A stretch of 63,300 nucleotides of DNA, filler included, from Sphacelaria rigidula (lineage: Eukaryota), in NCBI GenBank assembly GCA_964200075.2. It is 6 parts of 6 records of this genome, joined end to end, with 100 filler letters (N's around TTAATTAATTAA, not from the genome) between each part and the next. Parts side by side here need not be neighbours in the genome. Positions count along the whole stretch, not along the records: positions 52,836 to 63,300 come from CAXNAA020006448.1; 5 more parts are not named here. One strand, written 5' to 3'. The notes below the pieces were generated by a model. That model saw only the letters and a list, made by a program, of their open reading frames with translations, did no database searches and was not told where the DNA came from. The stretch's first letter is position 1. Every line of letters begins with the position of its first letter. The position numbers and the translations under genes were made by a program. This document shows, piece after piece, positions 60,949 to 63,300 of the stretch.

Positions 60949-62203
60949 GTGTCGATATCATTCAAGATGGTATGCGACTCCGGGGCCAGTCATCACTACA
61001 TCGACGATCAGCTACTTCCTAATATTGAAGAGGAGATGTTTGATTATGTGAAACTCGATCCTCCCATGAGAATTCTGACAGCAGGTCGTCATATCCTGAG
61101 TGGAACAGGAAAGTGTACTCCACTCCATCGTCTGTGATCAGCAGGGTAATCAACACTCCGTCCGTCTTCCGGCCGTTATTGTTCCGGGTCTAGGGAAACT
61201 TTTTTTTTCACCAGTTGAAGCACTCACAAGGGGAGCTTCAACCGTGTTCTCCGTTGACTCTCACGTCGACCTTGGAAAATTCAAGATTCCAATACACACC
61301 GACAACAACAACGGCACGCTCCACTTCATCAACATAAAGATTGTTCGGGACTCAAGAAATGTCAAAACAAAGACCGGGTCAGCATTTACGACTAAAGTAG
61401 TGTCCGGGGAATTTATGGGGATTGGCACAGCATTATCAGCAGTAGTACCTCCCCCGGACATCAAATCGACAGGAGCAGTCAAGATTGCCGAACCATCTTC
61501 GATGTCTTCCGGCAGAATAATGACAAAACCGTACGATTCAACGAGAAAAACGAGAAGGGATAGAAATTACAGTAAAAATATATCTTCATGGGTCAAGCCT
61601 ACATCTGCATACAACAGAACGAGGGGAGAAAAGCCGAAATTTTACGAAAAGAATAAACGTGTCGACTTCAATAGACGAGGAGACTACAACAGGAGTTCAA
61701 GAAGATCGACAACTTCACCGCAGAAGCATCGCGATCATGCTTCTTGTCACCGTCATCATTATCACCATCATCACCATCGCCATCATAAACCACAGCAGCA
61801 CCAGCAGCCCAAGGTACGACAACAGGACAGTTTAGGCGTTATAGATATATCATCAGAGTATGCCAGAGAAACACTTGGCATCAAGAAAGCAGACTCATCA
61901 TCAGTACTCCAGCAGGTGCTAGATACCCCATCTGCACACGTAAGAAGCGGGGCAATTCAACCGCCAAGGGACATTACACGCAAAATGCGCGGTACAGAAA
62001 ATCACAACCAGCCAACACGATCATCACGGAAACAAATGAAGATCACCTGCTTTTTCAAGAAGCAACCATTCCAAGCGACTCCAACAAGCCCGAGAACAGC
62101 ATCCTATCAAGAAGCCAGTATCCAGAGACACGTCTTGAGAGCACTTCAGCATCATCACCAGAAACATCACTCACGTCGGAGCACAGGGCATACTACAGCA
62201 TAG
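60949..62203 (+). mobile_element. copia aspartic protease (frameshifted) running into an unrelated basic/His-rich ORF; no integrase or RT
   Basis: MVCDSGASHHYID (DSG at 60976) and VIVPGLGK.FFS. Downstream there is no HHCC, DDE or YVDD motif. Confidence 0.8.
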
Positions 62204-63220
62204 TCGCGTCAAGTGAACTTCCGGTGTTTCATTTAAAACGGAACACTTCGTGCGGTTAGGTCGCCGCGCTTCACCCTTCAGGATTTCACACCACCACTAC
62301 ATACTGCGACAACTACGACCGAGTGAAAGCACGGAATAAGGGGAGCAGCTATACTACGACACCGCCCAGAACGGACCGAACAAGATAAACGAACTCCACT
62401 ACAACACCACACATTGTTAGCCAGAAAACGAAATGGTTGATCGGTAGCAGGGCAATATAACACGGTACGTACTTGATTCGTATATTGAAATGTATGTACT
62501 GACTTGCGTATAGGATATTTGTATTGACTTGCGTACAGTACGGAATCATAGGACTGCGTTCAGGATCTTGATTTATTTGAAAACTGCGTGTCATGCGTAC
62601 ACCGTATGTGTACTTCATTAGTTCACCAAGCTGTGTACAGAAGCTCATGTTTGCGCACTAGGGGAACATGCTTTGAGCCGAGCATCAACTACAGTAGGAT
62701 ACGGAGCTGACACCGCTCCCTACGAGACTGTCTACGTAAGACACAGATTTAGATTTATCAATCGTTTTTGAGTCATGAGGGCGCACTTTTCACAACATGA
62801 GTACTATCTCTGGATTTAAGGTTTTTGAGTACCAAAGTATATATGTTTTTATATTTGCATGCCATGTGAAGTGCTGTATGTTGCGGGGAAACCTCTGAAT
62901 TTATGGCAGGCACCAAAATTGTGATGCCATGCAAATAGCCCGATTATTTTTGTGTAGGGATGAAATTCCAAGAGTGACGATATTTCTTGAAGTAAACGTA
63001 TGCACCTGTACGCATAATAAACAACCTGATTTCTACACATCAGCCCAGCGTATCTTGGATGATTTTTTGCTTTGATTTGAGCTGAGTTTTACCCATGAGC
63101 ACAGCGTACCCTGTAGCTGATTTTTTACACATCACTACAGTGTCCTTTGTAGTACTTTTTTTTTTCATTTGTCTAGTACACGATTTGATTGAAATTTGAT
63201 TTGCTACCCACGTACAACTC

Positions 63221-63300
63221 AAGGGGGAGTGTTGGGAATATGCACAGCCTGGCTGCTTGCATTGTGTGAGTTTTTACTCTGGTAGCGAATTAGCGGGACA
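63221..63300 (+). mobile_element. PPT and start of the 3' LTR of copia element 2
   Basis: AAGGGGGAG|TGTTGG...CACAGCC...TGTGTGAGTTTTTACTCTG...ATTAGCGGG, similar to the sequence starting at 58819. Confidence 0.85.

Overview
Eukaryotic, repeat-rich nuclear DNA, most likely from a brown alga (Phaeophyceae): it has an EsV-1-7 repeat gene, short GC-rich exons in long introns, and a tRNA-derived SINE family. It is NOT one locus. Five identical 100-nt linkers (N44-TTAATTAATTAA-N44) join six segments of 10469, 10467, 10467, 10466, 10466 and 10465 nt, i.e. size-sorted unlinked contigs. Supported host genes are two exons of a ClpP protease, five phase-compatible exons of a WD40 protein resembling WDHD1/AND-1/Ctf4, a large first exon of a probably plastid-targeted protein, and an EsV-1-7 cysteine-rich repeat (pseudo)gene with ~12 repeats and two in-frame stops. 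The rest is mobile or repetitive DNA: SINEs, three TIR/MITE elements, two Ty1/copia derivatives (one with gag and protease only), a DIRS relic, probable piggyBac and LINE relics, minisatellites and hairpins. The most unexpected item is missed by the ORF track. An AT-rich ~0.48-kb island at 13945-14425 (-) encodes motifs B and C of a protein-primed family-B DNA polymerase (KLIMNSLYGRFGM ... SAAVTSYGKI ... HSDTDS) of the mitochondrial linear-plasmid type. It may be the fossil of a linear plasmid or virus-like replicon in this lineage. All homology calls were made by eye from motifs; no database search was run.
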